Source of the DNA: Thermoleophilia bacterium
GTDB taxonomy: Bacteria > Actinomycetota > Thermoleophilia > RBG-16-64-13
Direction of reading: 5' to 3'
DNA: 64,000 nt
Assembly: GCA_050943595.1 (NCBI GenBank)
Contig: JBMNPM010000003.1
Coordinates: 86,476-150,475, forward strand
Each line of letters begins with the position of its first letter. Position 1 is the first letter of the stretch. Of the stretch, positions 16,499-26,727 are shown in pieces. Below the pieces are notes generated by a model. It worked only from the letters and a program-made list of their open reading frames with translations. It ran no database searches and was not told where the DNA came from. The position numbers were made by a program, and so were the translations under genes.

Positions 16499-19117
16499 GT
16501 GAAAGCTGCGGAACTACGTAAGATGTATTTGGATTACTTTGTAGAGCGACAACATCTCCTGGTACCCAGCTCTTCGCTTGTACCTTACAGAGACCCGTCG
16601 GTCCTGTTGACCACAGCGGGTATGCAGCAATTCAAGCCCTACTTCATGGGATTGGCCGAGCCTCCGGCAAAACGACTGACGAGTGTCCAGAAGTGTTTCC
16701 GCACCTCCGACATTGATCATGTGGGCCTCACTGCCCGGCACTGTACCTTCTTCGAGATGCTGGGCAATTTTTCCATCGGTGACTACTTTAAAGAGGGAGC
16801 CATCAGGCTGGCCTGGGAGTTCTCCTGCGATTACCTACAGCTCGATCCCGAGCGCATCTGGATATCCTATTTCGAGGGCGATGATGCCATCCCACCCGAC
16901 GACGAGGCTGTAGCCTGCTGGGAGGCCGTGGGCGTTCCCCGTGCCCGCATGGTGGGGTTGCCTCGCAGCGACAACTTCTGGGGGCCGGTGGGGAACACCG
17001 GGCCCTGCGGACCCTGCTCCGAGCTCTACTACGACCGAGGTCCGAATAGGGGCTGCGACGACCCCGACTGCCGCCCCGGTTGCGACTGCGACCGCTTCGT
17101 TGAGTATTGGAACCTGGTTTTCACCGGCTACAGCATGGACGAAAACCAACAGCTTTCACCGCTTCCGGCTCAGAATATCGACACGGGTATGGGCTTAGAA
17201 CGGGTGGCCGCCCTCACGCAAGATGTGGATTCTGTCTTTCTCATCGACGCTCTTAAACCACTGGTCGAATTAGGAGAAGAGATCGCCGGCCGTAGCTTCG
17301 GCCAAGACCACAAGACCGACGTAGCCCTGCGGGTGCTGGCCGACCATGCACGTGCCATCTCGTTTCTTATCGCCGACGGAGTTATGCCCGGCAACGAGGC
17401 CCGTGGTTATGTATTGCGCCGTATCATCAGACGGGCGGCGCGCTTCAGCCGTTCAGCCGGGATGGAGCCGCCGTTCCTCGGCCGCTTCGCCGAGCGGACC
17501 ATCGAGATGCTGGGAGGTGTCTATCGCGAGTTGCTTGAGCAACGTGAGACCATCCTGCGCGTGGTCGACTCTGAAGAAGAGCGCTTCAACCGCACTCTCG
17601 ATCAGGGGCTCGTCCTGGTGGAAGAAGAGATCACCCGTGCTAGAGAGGCGGCCTCTCAATATTTCCCCGGCTCTGTAGCCTTCCAACTCCACGATACCTA
17701 CGGTTTCCCCATCGAGGTCACACGTGAGATCGTGGAAGAGGGTGGATTGACACTCGACTTGGCCGGCTTCGAAGAGGCTATGGAGGGCCAACGGGCTAGA
17801 GCCCGCAAGGCTCAAAAGGGTGATACCGCCTATCAAGACGCGGTCACCCGGTTCGCACAGACCACCACCCATCCCACCGAGTTCAAAGGTTATGAGAAGG
17901 AGAGCCTCTTCACCGCACTCGCAAATATCGCCGAGTTCGGCGATGACCGCGTGCTACTGGCCCTGCGTGAGAGCCCCTTCTACGCCGAGATGGGGGGACA
18001 GACTGCCGACACGGGCTTCGTAGAGTCCGAATCCGGTAAAGCCGAGGTGCTCGATGTACAGCAGCACGGCAACATACAGGTGATCACGGCCCGACTGGTG
18101 GAGGGTACGCTGGAGGCCGGCACCCGCGTGAAGGCGTCAATCACCTCCAGCCATCGCCACGACGTGGCCGCCAATCACACTGCAACCCACCTGTTGCACT
18201 ATGCGTTGCGGGCCAAATTAGGTAACGACGTTACCCAGGCCGGATCATCAGTGCGATCCGACAAGCTCCGTTTCGACTTTGCTTATCACCAACCGGTGGA
18301 ACCGTCGCGTCTGGCCGAGATCGAAGATCTGGTCAACCGCCGTATCGTCGAGAACCATCCCGTACGTATGTTCACCACCACCATCGATCACGCCCAGGAT
18401 CTGGGGGCGATTGCGCTCTTCGGCGAGAAGTATGGGGACTTCGTGCGCGTGGTCGAAGTGGATGACTTCAGCCGAGAGCTGTGCGGAGGCACTCACGTGG
18501 GTTCCACCAGCGAGTTGGGCATCTTCAAGATTCTGTCCGAAGGAAGCGTGGGGGCCAATGTGCGCAGGATCGAGGCCGTCTGCGGTAGGGCTGCAGTCGC
18601 CTACTACCGGCAACGCGACCGGACGGTGGCTCACGTCGCGGAGAACCTGGGCACCACGGACGACCAACTCCTGCCGGTACTGGAGAAACTGCAGAGCCGG
18701 GTGACCCAGTTGGAGACTGAACTGAGCGGGTTCCTCCGTGAGCAGGCGCGTGATGTCGTAGAGACCCTCACGGCAGACGCAGCCCGGCACGATGAGATCG
18801 GCGTGGTCGCCGACGTGATCGATGCACGCGACATGGATCACCTCTTGTCTGTGGTGGATCACGTTCGTGATCGGATCCAGCCCGCCATAGTGATCCTGGG
18901 AGCCGACCTGCAGGGCAAAGCGGCGTTGGTCGTGAGCGTGAGTAAGGAGATCACCCAGGTCAATGCCGGGGAGATCGTGAAGACCTCAGCCCGAGCTTTC
19001 GGGGGAGGGGGAGGAGGGACGCCCTTCTTGGGACGCGGAGGTGGCGGTGACCCGGCTCGGTTGCACGATGCTGTGGCCACTGCCCGAGACGCCGTTCTAG
19101 CCCGGCTAGGTGCTTGA
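16499..19117 (+). CDS. alaS: alanine--tRNA ligase
   Basis: GTG start; LTTAGMQQFKPYF, editing-domain HxxxH and C-terminal DHHA1-like domain with a Gly-rich tail. Confidence 0.92.
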   Translation: MKAAELRKMYLDYFVERQHLLVPSSSLVPYRDPSVLLTTAGMQQFKPYFMGLAEPPAKRLTSVQKCFRTSDIDHVGLTARHCTFFEMLGNFSIGDYFKEGAIRLAWEFSCDYLQLDPERIWISYFEGDDAIPPDDEAVACWEAVGVPRARMVGLPRSDNFWGPVGNTGPCGPCSELYYDRGPNRGCDDPDCRPGCDCDRFVEYWNLVFTGYSMDENQQLSPLPAQNIDTGMGLERVAALTQDVDSVFLIDALKPLVELGEEIAGRSFGQDHKTDVALRVLADHARAISFLIADGVMPGNEARGYVLRRIIRRAARFSRSAGMEPPFLGRFAERTIEMLGGVYRELLEQRETILRVVDSEEERFNRTLDQGLVLVEEEITRAREAASQYFPGSVAFQLHDTYGFPIEVTREIVEEGGLTLDLAGFEEAMEGQRARARKAQKGDTAYQDAVTRFAQTTTHPTEFKGYEKESLFTALANIAEFGDDRVLLALRESPFYAEMGGQTADTGFVESESGKAEVLDVQQHGNIQVITARLVEGTLEAGTRVKASITSSHRHDVAANHTATHLLHYALRAKLGNDVTQAGSSVRSDKLRFDFAYHQPVEPSRLAEIEDLVNRRIVENHPVRMFTTTIDHAQDLGAIALFGEKYGDFVRVVEVDDFSRELCGGTHVGSTSELGIFKILSEGSVGANVRRIEAVCGRAAVAYYRQRDRTVAHVAENLGTTDDQLLPVLEKLQSRVTQLETELSGFLREQARDVVETLTADAARHDEIGVVADVIDARDMDHLLSVVDHVRDRIQPAIVILGADLQGKAALVVSVSKEITQVNAGEIVKTSARAFGGGGGGTPFLGRGGGGDPARLHDAVATARDAVLARLGA

Positions 19118-19528
19118 GTGCGTCGGCTGGGGATCGACATGGGCGGCCGACGCACCGGGGTAGCATTATCCGACCCGCACGGAATCATATGCAGCCCCCT
19201 CGAAGTCATCGTAGAAACAGACCGCGAGGCACTCTTCAATAGGATCATCGCCCTGATCCATCTGCACGAGGTTGACGAACTGGTGGTCGGACTACCCCGC
19301 CCCTTGGGTGGGGGCGTAAATCGCCAACTCGAGAAGGTGCTCGCCTTCGCGGATACCCTGCAGCTGCGATCGGGTGTGAAGGTCAACACCTGGGACGAGC
19401 GCTTCACATCCAAACTCGCAGACAAGACCGGGCCCAAGACCGGGCCACGCGATGCCGTAGCCGCCTGCTACATGCTGCAGAACTATCTCGATGCCCAAGC
19501 CAATGCGGAGGTGACCGGTGAACAGTGA
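19118..19528 (+). CDS. ruvX: YqgF/RuvX putative pre-16S rRNA nuclease (Holliday-junction-resolvase-like)
   Basis: MRRLGIDMGGRRTGVALSD RNase H-like N-terminus; conserved alaS-yqgF-mltG order. Confidence 0.85.
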   Translation: MRRLGIDMGGRRTGVALSDPHGIICSPLEVIVETDREALFNRIIALIHLHEVDELVVGLPRPLGGGVNRQLEKVLAFADTLQLRSGVKVNTWDERFTSKLADKTGPKTGPRDAVAACYMLQNYLDAQANAEVTGEQ

Positions 19529-20636
19529 TCATCCTGATGACCGGATGTCGTCGTCGCCCGGACTGCCGGGAGAGCGAAGCGATAAGAGCCGCCGGCGTTT
19601 GATCAACCGCATCCTGGTTGTGGGAGGTTTTGTCATCTGCATGGCCATAGTCGCCGCGGCCGTGATGGGGGCTATCCGACTGGTGTGCGATGAACCAACG
19701 GAGGCGACTGAAACCACGATCGCCCCGGGTACTGCCATCGTGGATGTCTCTTCCGGGCTCGGTGCCACTCAAGTGGCCAAGCTTCTGAAGGATAAGGGCG
19801 TCATCGAATCCTCGTCCGCCTTTGTGGACCTCGCCAAGGCCCGGGGGAGTGAAAACAAACTCCGTCCCGGTATCTACAGCTTCGCCCAGGGCGAAAAACT
19901 GCTCACCGTCGTGGAAAAACTCGAGAAGGGTGCCGGATTGCCCAGCGAGAAGGTCACCATACCCGAAGGCATGGCCATAGGCCAAACCGCCACTTTGCTC
20001 ACCAAGAGCGGTAAAATCGATGGGAAGGCGTATGGCGACCTGGCCCGACAAACGGACTCATTCACCATACCTAGGGTAGGAGAATCGGCACCCAAGGTAA
20101 CCACTCTGGAAGGACTTCTGTTCCCGAGCACTTACTACCTACTCTCCGATGATGGCCCCAAACAACTCATTGAGGCCCAGTTGAATGCCTTCGCCGCCAT
20201 GACCGAAGACCTCCCCTGGGACAACGCCAAGTCATTGGGTGTGAGCCCGTACCAGATCGTCATCATCGCCTCTCTCATCGAGAAAGAAGCAAAGGTAGCC
20301 GACGAACGGAGCAAAGTGGCGGCAGTCATCTATAACCGCCTCAAGAAGAACATGCCCTTGGGTGTCGATGCTACGGTACGCTACGCCGTCAACAAGTGGA
20401 CGGGTGACCTCACTGAGAAGGATCTGAAAATAGATTCACCCTACAATACCCGCGTAAAGAACGGGCTCCCACCGGCTCCCATCGCCAGTCCCGGAATAGC
20501 GGCACTTAAGGCAGCCCTGGGGCCCGCCGACGTGGACTACCTCTACTACGTGCTGAACGACAGCGAAGGTCACCACTTCTTTACGGCCTCATACGATGAA
20601 TTCCTGAGGGCCAAACAACAGGCTCCCCCGCAGTAA
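19518..20636 (+). CDS. mltG: endolytic murein transglycosylase MltG (YceG family)
   Basis: N-terminal TM, YceG domain with LLFPSTYYL and NGLPPAPIASPG motifs. Confidence 0.85.
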   Translation: MNSDHPDDRMSSSPGLPGERSDKSRRRLINRILVVGGFVICMAIVAAAVMGAIRLVCDEPTEATETTIAPGTAIVDVSSGLGATQVAKLLKDKGVIESSSAFVDLAKARGSENKLRPGIYSFAQGEKLLTVVEKLEKGAGLPSEKVTIPEGMAIGQTATLLTKSGKIDGKAYGDLARQTDSFTIPRVGESAPKVTTLEGLLFPSTYYLLSDDGPKQLIEAQLNAFAAMTEDLPWDNAKSLGVSPYQIVIIASLIEKEAKVADERSKVAAVIYNRLKKNMPLGVDATVRYAVNKWTGDLTEKDLKIDSPYNTRVKNGLPPAPIASPGIAALKAALGPADVDYLYYVLNDSEGHHFFTASYDEFLRAKQQAPPQ

Positions 20637-20762
20637 CCGCCGGCGTGGCGACCGACGCCGGTGCCAGAGTGGTACAAAGGTCCTAGAGCCCCTCTTGAGA
20701 CCCTGCGGTACTGTGTATTTATCGGTGCCAGACCCACTCGCAAAGACAGCGGAGGTGAAAGC

Positions 20763-21629
20763 ATGGGGGAGCTAGGGACAGACATCACCGCCCAGACAGG
20801 GCTTCTCGCCCTTCTCGGGCATCCGGTACGACATTCTTTGTCCCCTCGCATTCACAATGCCGCCCTGCAGGCCCAGGGCGTTAATATGGTCTACCTCGCC
20901 TTTGATGTGCCCCCGAGCCTTTTGTCTCCGGCCGTAGAGGGACTGCGTACACTCGGCGTCCGCGGTGCGAACATAACCATCCCTCACAAAGAACACGTAG
21001 TGGGACTCCTAGACCGTCTGGACCCCCTGGCGGATCAGGTCGGTGCCGTAAACACCATCGTCAACGATGACGGCGTCCTCAGCGGCCATAATACCGACGT
21101 GGAAGGATTCCAGAGCGCACTCCGCAGCCTCTTACCCGAAGGGGCGGAAGGACGCCGCTGCTTGGTGGCGGGTGCAGGCGGTGCAGCTCGTGCCGTGCTG
21201 GCAGCCCTGGTTGCCGAGCGTGTGCAGACCATATGGGTCCTCAACCGAACTCTTTCCCGCGCAGAAGCCCTATGCTCAACGGCGATCGAGTGGGGAGCGG
21301 ATTACTGCGCACCGATCACGGAAGACCACCTCGATCAGGTCGGCCCCTCTGCGGACGTGATCGTCAACGCGACCTCCGTCGGCCTCGATCCCGCCGGCAA
21401 AGGGAGCCCCTTTCCTGCCGATATCCTTAATAGCAACCAGGCGGTGATCGATCTCGTCTACGGTTCCGCCCCCACGGCATTGATGCGACAGGCCCAAGCC
21501 CGAGGAGCACTCACCATCGATGGCACCGAGATGCTATTGATCCAAGCCGCCAATGCTTACCGCCTCTGGACGGGCATAGACGCTCCTCTGGACATAATGC
21601 GGGCCGTCATCAGGCGGCCGGGCACCTAA
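20763..21629 (+). CDS. aroE: shikimate dehydrogenase
   Basis: LLALLGHPVRHSLSPRIHNAALQAQG substrate-binding N-terminus, NRT motif and GAGGAARA Rossmann motif; the ATG at 20763 is preferred over the ORF-track start at 20661. Confidence 0.85.
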   Translation: MGELGTDITAQTGLLALLGHPVRHSLSPRIHNAALQAQGVNMVYLAFDVPPSLLSPAVEGLRTLGVRGANITIPHKEHVVGLLDRLDPLADQVGAVNTIVNDDGVLSGHNTDVEGFQSALRSLLPEGAEGRRCLVAGAGGAARAVLAALVAERVQTIWVLNRTLSRAEALCSTAIEWGADYCAPITEDHLDQVGPSADVIVNATSVGLDPAGKGSPFPADILNSNQAVIDLVYGSAPTALMRQAQARGALTIDGTEMLLIQAANAYRLWTGIDAPLDIMRAVIRRPGT

Positions 21630-23366
21630 ATGCGTGCCACCCAGGCTCCCGGGGAGGAGATCCTCCGCAATCGGCTGTGGAGAAAACGAGCCGTCGAGAT
21701 ACTGGTCGCAGAAGGCCTTCTCACCAACGAGCAGTCTCAACAGGCGCTCGCTCAGCAACAGACTGATACCGAAGCATGGATCGACGACATCGCACTATCG
21801 CGCAAGTGGGTGACCAAGGATCACCTCATGAAGACCTTGGCCCACTCCATCGGCGTCACGTACGTCGACCTACCGGCCGTCCAGGTGGATCCGGCGGCCG
21901 CCCGACTCCTCTCCCAACGTGACGCCCATCGCTACAAGGTCCTGCCCCTCGCCTACTTGAACGACCACACCATCCTGGTGGCTATGGCAGAGCCGTCCAA
22001 CATCGTCACCATCGACGACCTACGCATCCTAACCGGGCTGGACATCGAACCGGCGCTGGCCGACCGGGGCGAGATCATCGCAGCCCTGTCCAAGCTAAGG
22101 GGAGCTGCAGACCAGGTCTCCGCGCAGCTCAACATCTACTCCGGGGAGGACAATCAGGCCGGCCCAGACGAGCCTAAAGACATCCGGGAGCAGGTCGACG
22201 CCCCGCCGGTGGTACGACTGGTCAATGACATCCTGGCCCGCGCCGTCGACGAGGGCGCCTCCGACATTCACTTCGAACCCCAGGAGGGGGGACTTCTGGT
22301 TCGCTTCCGACACGATGGCGTGTTGCACCGGACCATGACCATCCCCAAGCGCCTCCAGGCGGGTGTGCTCTCCCGGTTAAAAATCATGGCCGATCTCGAT
22401 ATAGCCGAACGTCGCATCCCTCAGGACGGCTGTATCGACCTCTTCGTGAGCGGACGACCCATCGACCTGCGCGTAGCCTCTCTCCCTACCGTGTTCGGGG
22501 AGAAGATAGCCGTCCGTCTCTTGGATCGCTCCACAGCCGTGTTGCGCCTGGAGCAACTGGGTTTCTCAATCCAAGCTATGGAGCAGTACGAGCGTTCCTT
22601 CCGCAAACCCTACGGGGCCATTCTGGTCACCGGGCCAACCGGATCGGGCAAATCCACCACCCTGTACGCCACGCTCAACATCCTCAACACGGTGGAGAAG
22701 AACATCATCACCGTGGAGGATCCGGTAGAGTACCGGCTGGCCGGTATCAACCAGGTGCAGATCAACCCCAAGGCGGGTCTCACTTTCGCTTCGGGATTGC
22801 GCTCCATACTGCGTTGCGACCCGGACATCGTCATGGTGGGGGAGATCCGGGACAAAGAGACGGCCCGGATCGCCATCGAGTCGGCCCTCACCGGTCACCT
22901 GGTGCTCTCCACCTTACACACCAACGACGCTCCCGGAGCGCTCACCCGGCTCACAGAGATGGGAGTGGAACCCTTCCTTACTGCATCCGCTGTGGACTGC
23001 GTCATCGCCCAGCGATTGGTACGCAAACTGTGTGAACACTGCCGGGAGTCCTACCAACCCGGCCCCACCGCCCTCAAGAACTACCAATTCCCTTCGCAGC
23101 TCCTCAATTCATGGGACCACAAGACCCTGTACCGGGCCGTAGGTTGTAACCGCTGCAGCAACACCGGCTACAAGGGTCGTCTGGGCCTCTACGAGACCAT
23201 GCCTATCACCGAAGCCATTGAGGGATTGATCGTGGAGCGCCGGAATGTCGATGAGATCGGCAGAGTCGCACGGGCTGAAGGCATGCTCAGCCTCAGAGAC
23301 GACGGATTGAGACGTGTCGTCGAAGGAGTGACCACCATGGAGGAGATATCGAGGGTGATCGTATGA
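21630..23366 (+). CDS. pilB: type IV pilus assembly ATPase PilB (GspE family)
   Basis: T2SSE_N domain, Walker A GPTGSGKSTT, Asp box, tetracysteine CxxC...CxxC; starts 1 nt after the aroE stop. Confidence 0.85.
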   Translation: MRATQAPGEEILRNRLWRKRAVEILVAEGLLTNEQSQQALAQQQTDTEAWIDDIALSRKWVTKDHLMKTLAHSIGVTYVDLPAVQVDPAAARLLSQRDAHRYKVLPLAYLNDHTILVAMAEPSNIVTIDDLRILTGLDIEPALADRGEIIAALSKLRGAADQVSAQLNIYSGEDNQAGPDEPKDIREQVDAPPVVRLVNDILARAVDEGASDIHFEPQEGGLLVRFRHDGVLHRTMTIPKRLQAGVLSRLKIMADLDIAERRIPQDGCIDLFVSGRPIDLRVASLPTVFGEKIAVRLLDRSTAVLRLEQLGFSIQAMEQYERSFRKPYGAILVTGPTGSGKSTTLYATLNILNTVEKNIITVEDPVEYRLAGINQVQINPKAGLTFASGLRSILRCDPDIVMVGEIRDKETARIAIESALTGHLVLSTLHTNDAPGALTRLTEMGVEPFLTASAVDCVIAQRLVRKLCEHCRESYQPGPTALKNYQFPSQLLNSWDHKTLYRAVGCNRCSNTGYKGRLGLYETMPITEAIEGLIVERRNVDEIGRVARAEGMLSLRDDGLRRVVEGVTTMEEISRVIV

Positions 23367-23370
23367 ACAG

Positions 23371-24492
23371 ATGGTGCCGCGCCGGGAGGAACGACTAGTC
23401 GTGAACCTGGACGATGTGCTGACCGAAGTGGCTACCTTGGGGGCATCCGACCTGCATCTCACGGTGGATGTGCCTCCGATGGCGCGTCTCGACGGAGAGT
23501 TGCAGAGACTGGACCATCCCGCGCTCACCGTCGATCAGGCCCGAGAACTCATTTACAGCATGCTCACACCGGAACAACAACAAAAGTTGGAGACAGACTG
23601 GGAGATAGACTTCTCGTATTCTCTCTACGACCAGACGCGTTTCCGTGTGAACGCATATTTCCAGCGCGGCAGTCTGTCCGCCGCGCTACGTGCGGTCCCG
23701 GCGGAGATCAAGACGATCGAAGAACTGGGATTACCCCATGTCATACACTCCTTCTGCCACAAGCCGCGAGGATTCGTTCTGATAACCGGCCCCACAGGCT
23801 CGGGTAAATCAACCACCTTGGCGGCCATTATCGACGAGATCAACCAGACCCGTTCGGATCACATCGTCACCATTGAAGACCCCATCGAATTCCTGCACCG
23901 CCACAAGAACTGCGTTGTCAACCAGCGGGAAGTGGGTAGCGACACCAGAGGATTTCCCATGGCGCTGCGCTCCGCCATGCGACAAGACCCCGATGTCATC
24001 CTCATCGGCGAGATGCGCGACCTGGAAACCATACAAATCGCCCTCACGGCGGCCGAGACCGGCCACCTTGTGTTCGCCACCCTCCATACGCAGGACTGCC
24101 CCCAGACCATCGACCGGATCATCGATGTTTTTCCTCCGCACCAACAGGAGCAGATACGAGTACAGATAGCCGCCACCCTAGAAGGAGTGGTGACTCAACA
24201 ACTCCTGCGCAGAATGACTGGTCAGGGGCGCGTGGGGGCGTTCGAGGTACTCATCTCGACCTCAGCGGTGCGCAACCTCATCCGCGAGGGGAAGACTCAC
24301 CAGCTCTACACGGTCATGCAGACAGGGAGCCGGTTGGGCATGCAGACGATGAATGCCTCCCTGTCCTGTTTAGTGCGCAAGGGGGTCATCACAAAAGAAA
24401 CAGCCATGCGTCGTTCATCGAACCCGGATGATCTCGAGCGACTATTGACGACAGGAGCCGGTGCATACATAGAGGAGCAGGTTCGTGGGTAG
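23371..24492 (+). CDS. pilT: twitching-motility/retraction ATPase PilT
   Basis: GPTGSGKSTTLAAIIDEIN and the AIRNLIREGK PilT signature. Confidence 0.85.
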   Translation: MVPRREERLVVNLDDVLTEVATLGASDLHLTVDVPPMARLDGELQRLDHPALTVDQARELIYSMLTPEQQQKLETDWEIDFSYSLYDQTRFRVNAYFQRGSLSAALRAVPAEIKTIEELGLPHVIHSFCHKPRGFVLITGPTGSGKSTTLAAIIDEINQTRSDHIVTIEDPIEFLHRHKNCVVNQREVGSDTRGFPMALRSAMRQDPDVILIGEMRDLETIQIALTAAETGHLVFATLHTQDCPQTIDRIIDVFPPHQQEQIRVQIAATLEGVVTQQLLRRMTGQGRVGAFEVLISTSAVRNLIREGKTHQLYTVMQTGSRLGMQTMNASLSCLVRKGVITKETAMRRSSNPDDLERLLTTGAGAYIEEQVRG

Positions 24493-25699
24493 ATACCACT
24501 ACGCGGCCAGACGGGATCAGGGCGAACTTGTATGCGGGGAGCTGGTTGGCGAGACTAAAACTGCCGCCATCGCTGAGCTCAGACGCAAGGGGTTCACGGT
24601 GATCCGGCTCGAGAAGAAGTGGGAACTTCCCGACCTCAACAGGCTACGGGAATCGACTACGCCCATCAAGGCAAGAGACAAAGCCGTCCTTACCCGTCAG
24701 TTCGCCACCATGATCAATTCCGGGTTGGCCGTGATGCGTGCGCTCTCCATCCTAGAGAAACAGACAGAAAACCTCAGACTACGCAGGTTGACCGGCGCCG
24801 TGCGAGCAGATGTCGAGGCAGGCATGCCGCTCTCCGACGCGATGGCCAAACATCCGGTCGCCTTCGACCGGCTCTACGTGGCCATGGTCCGAGCCGGAGA
24901 GACGGGCGGGGCGCTCGACCAGACCCTCGATCGTCTTGCCGTCCAGTTGGAGAAGGACGACAGTATCCGCCGCTCGATCAAGTCCGCCGTGGCATACCCC
25001 GCCCTTATCGGTGCCTTTGCCGTTTTGATGATGTTCGGCATGATCTTGTTTGTTATCCCCGTCTTCGCCACCATGTATAAGGACCTGGGTGGCGAGCTAC
25101 CTTCGCTGACGCAGCTGATGATGGCCATCAGCACCTTGATGACCGGTTATTGGTTCATAGTCTTTCCACTGCTCATAGTGATTGGATGGAGCATCCTGCG
25201 CTTCAAGAAGACAGAGCAGGGACACCGTGTCTGGGATCGGATGAAACTGAAATTGCCCATGAAACTGGGGCCGGTGATCCAGAAGGTCGCCGTAGCACGC
25301 TTTAGCCGCACCTTGGCCACACTGCTGAGCTCCGGGGTGCCCATCCTGCAGGCCATCGACATTACCGGCGCGACCTCCGGCAACAGCGTGATCGAGGAGT
25401 CGATGGTCTACGTCGCCAAGAGCGTCAGCGCCGGTGAGACGATCGCGCGACCCCTGAGCCGCGCACCGGTATTTCCGCCAATGGTCACCAACATGATATC
25501 TATCGGTGAAGAGACCGGCACTCTGGACTCGATGCTAAACAAGATAGCCGATTTCTATGAAGACGAGACCGATACAGCCATTAAGTCGTTGACGTCGATC
25601 ATCGAACCCATCATGATGATGTTCATCGGCGGCATGGTGGGACTTATTGTTATTTCCATGTACCTGCCTATATTCAACATGATGAACCTCGTCAAGTGA
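24485..25699 (+). CDS. pilC: type IV pilus inner-membrane platform protein PilC (GspF family)
   Basis: Two GspF repeats, three TM segments, overlap with pilT. Confidence 0.85.
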   Translation: MGRYHYAARRDQGELVCGELVGETKTAAIAELRRKGFTVIRLEKKWELPDLNRLRESTTPIKARDKAVLTRQFATMINSGLAVMRALSILEKQTENLRLRRLTGAVRADVEAGMPLSDAMAKHPVAFDRLYVAMVRAGETGGALDQTLDRLAVQLEKDDSIRRSIKSAVAYPALIGAFAVLMMFGMILFVIPVFATMYKDLGGELPSLTQLMMAISTLMTGYWFIVFPLLIVIGWSILRFKKTEQGHRVWDRMKLKLPMKLGPVIQKVAVARFSRTLATLLSSGVPILQAIDITGATSGNSVIEESMVYVAKSVSAGETIARPLSRAPVFPPMVTNMISIGEETGTLDSMLNKIADFYEDETDTAIKSLTSIIEPIMMMFIGGMVGLIVISMYLPIFNMMNLVK

Positions 25700-25812
25700 A
25701 GCACGGCCGTGCAGGAGATGTAGACAGCACGCACCGGGCGTAGCCCAAGGGAGCGATACCCGGCGCCTCTATGCCTTATGCCTATACGAGATGCTGATAT
25801 TCGTGCGCGATC

Positions 25813-25832
25813 AATGCACGATAATGTGCATT
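25813..25832. promoter_or_regulatory. inverted repeat AATGCAC-N6-GTGCATT in an AT-rich convergent intergenic region
   Basis: Read directly; the spacer GATAAT is -10-like; function unknown. Confidence 0.25.
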
Positions 25833-26160
25833 ATGTAAAGTAACGGCGCACGGCCCCTTTTTGCTTGTCTGCGACAAACAGGCGTCAATGAAACAGACGT
25901 CAGTGGCAACCGGAAAGCATTACGACTCATGAAGCCCCGGCTTCATCACCGGCTGCGAACATACGGCATCGCTCCTGTACGCCCCCACATTTTCCGCCAT
26001 TACGTTCGGCCTTGACACACAGCGTACACAAATCGCCTTTGTGGGGCCCGTGATCGGTCTGATTGCCACAGTAGCGGTTAATACAGCGGAAGGCGTCGCC
26101 GCCACAGGGAGCCACAATCACCGCACAATCGTCATCTGGGAGGCCGCGACTCGCCATGGA

Positions 26161-26679
26161 TCATACCTCGTACTCCACCAAACTGAACACTTCGTAGCCG
26201 GCCAGGCGATCACGTCCGCCCAGCGCGGTCAATTCGATGATGAAGGCTAGACCGGCAACCACCCCGCCCGCTTTTTCGACCAACTGGACCTTCGCCTGCG
26301 CAGTGCCCCCTGTGGCAAGGAGATCATCATGAATGAGCACCCGCTGACCCGGCTTGATGGCGTCCACATGCATCTCCAGTGCGTCCGTGCCGTACTCGAG
26401 ATCGTATTCGCAGCGAGTCACCTCCCAGGGCAGTTTTCCGGGCTTACGTGCTGCAGCAAAGCCTACACCCAGCTTGTAGGCCAACGCAGCTCCCAGGATG
26501 AAACCCCGCGCCTCGGCTCCTAAGATAAGATCGATTTTCTTATCACGGGCGAACACTGCCAGCCCGTCGACAGCCAGACGAAGGGCCTCCGCATTTTGGA
26601 GCACCGGCATGATGTCGTGGAAAAGAATACCTTCTTTGGGGTAATCAGGAATGTGGCGGATCAGGTCGCTGAGCTCCAT
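26161..26679 (-). CDS. apt: adenine phosphoribosyltransferase
   Basis: PRPP-binding motif VLIHDDLLATGGT and a Bacillus-like N-terminus MELSDLIRHIPDYPKEGI; the ATG at 26679 is preferred over 26706. Confidence 0.9.
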   Translation of the reverse strand: MELSDLIRHIPDYPKEGILFHDIMPVLQNAEALRLAVDGLAVFARDKKIDLILGAEARGFILGAALAYKLGVGFAAARKPGKLPWEVTRCEYDLEYGTDALEMHVDAIKPGQRVLIHDDLLATGGTAQAKVQLVEKAGGVVAGLAFIIELTALGGRDRLAGYEVFSLVEYEV

Positions 26680-26727
26680 CGTTCTCCTCGTTGGCGGATA
26701 CGGCATAGCAGATCAAGGGATATTGAA

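Noticed and set aside
25927-26157. 76-aa Cys-rich ORF downstream of apt (possible zinc-ribbon mini-protein)
   Set aside because: Codon usage is unlike neighbouring genes (Cys almost always TGT, GC3 about 58%). The periodic TGT/ACA pattern suggests low-complexity DNA rather than selection for protein. Kept only as a low-priority note.
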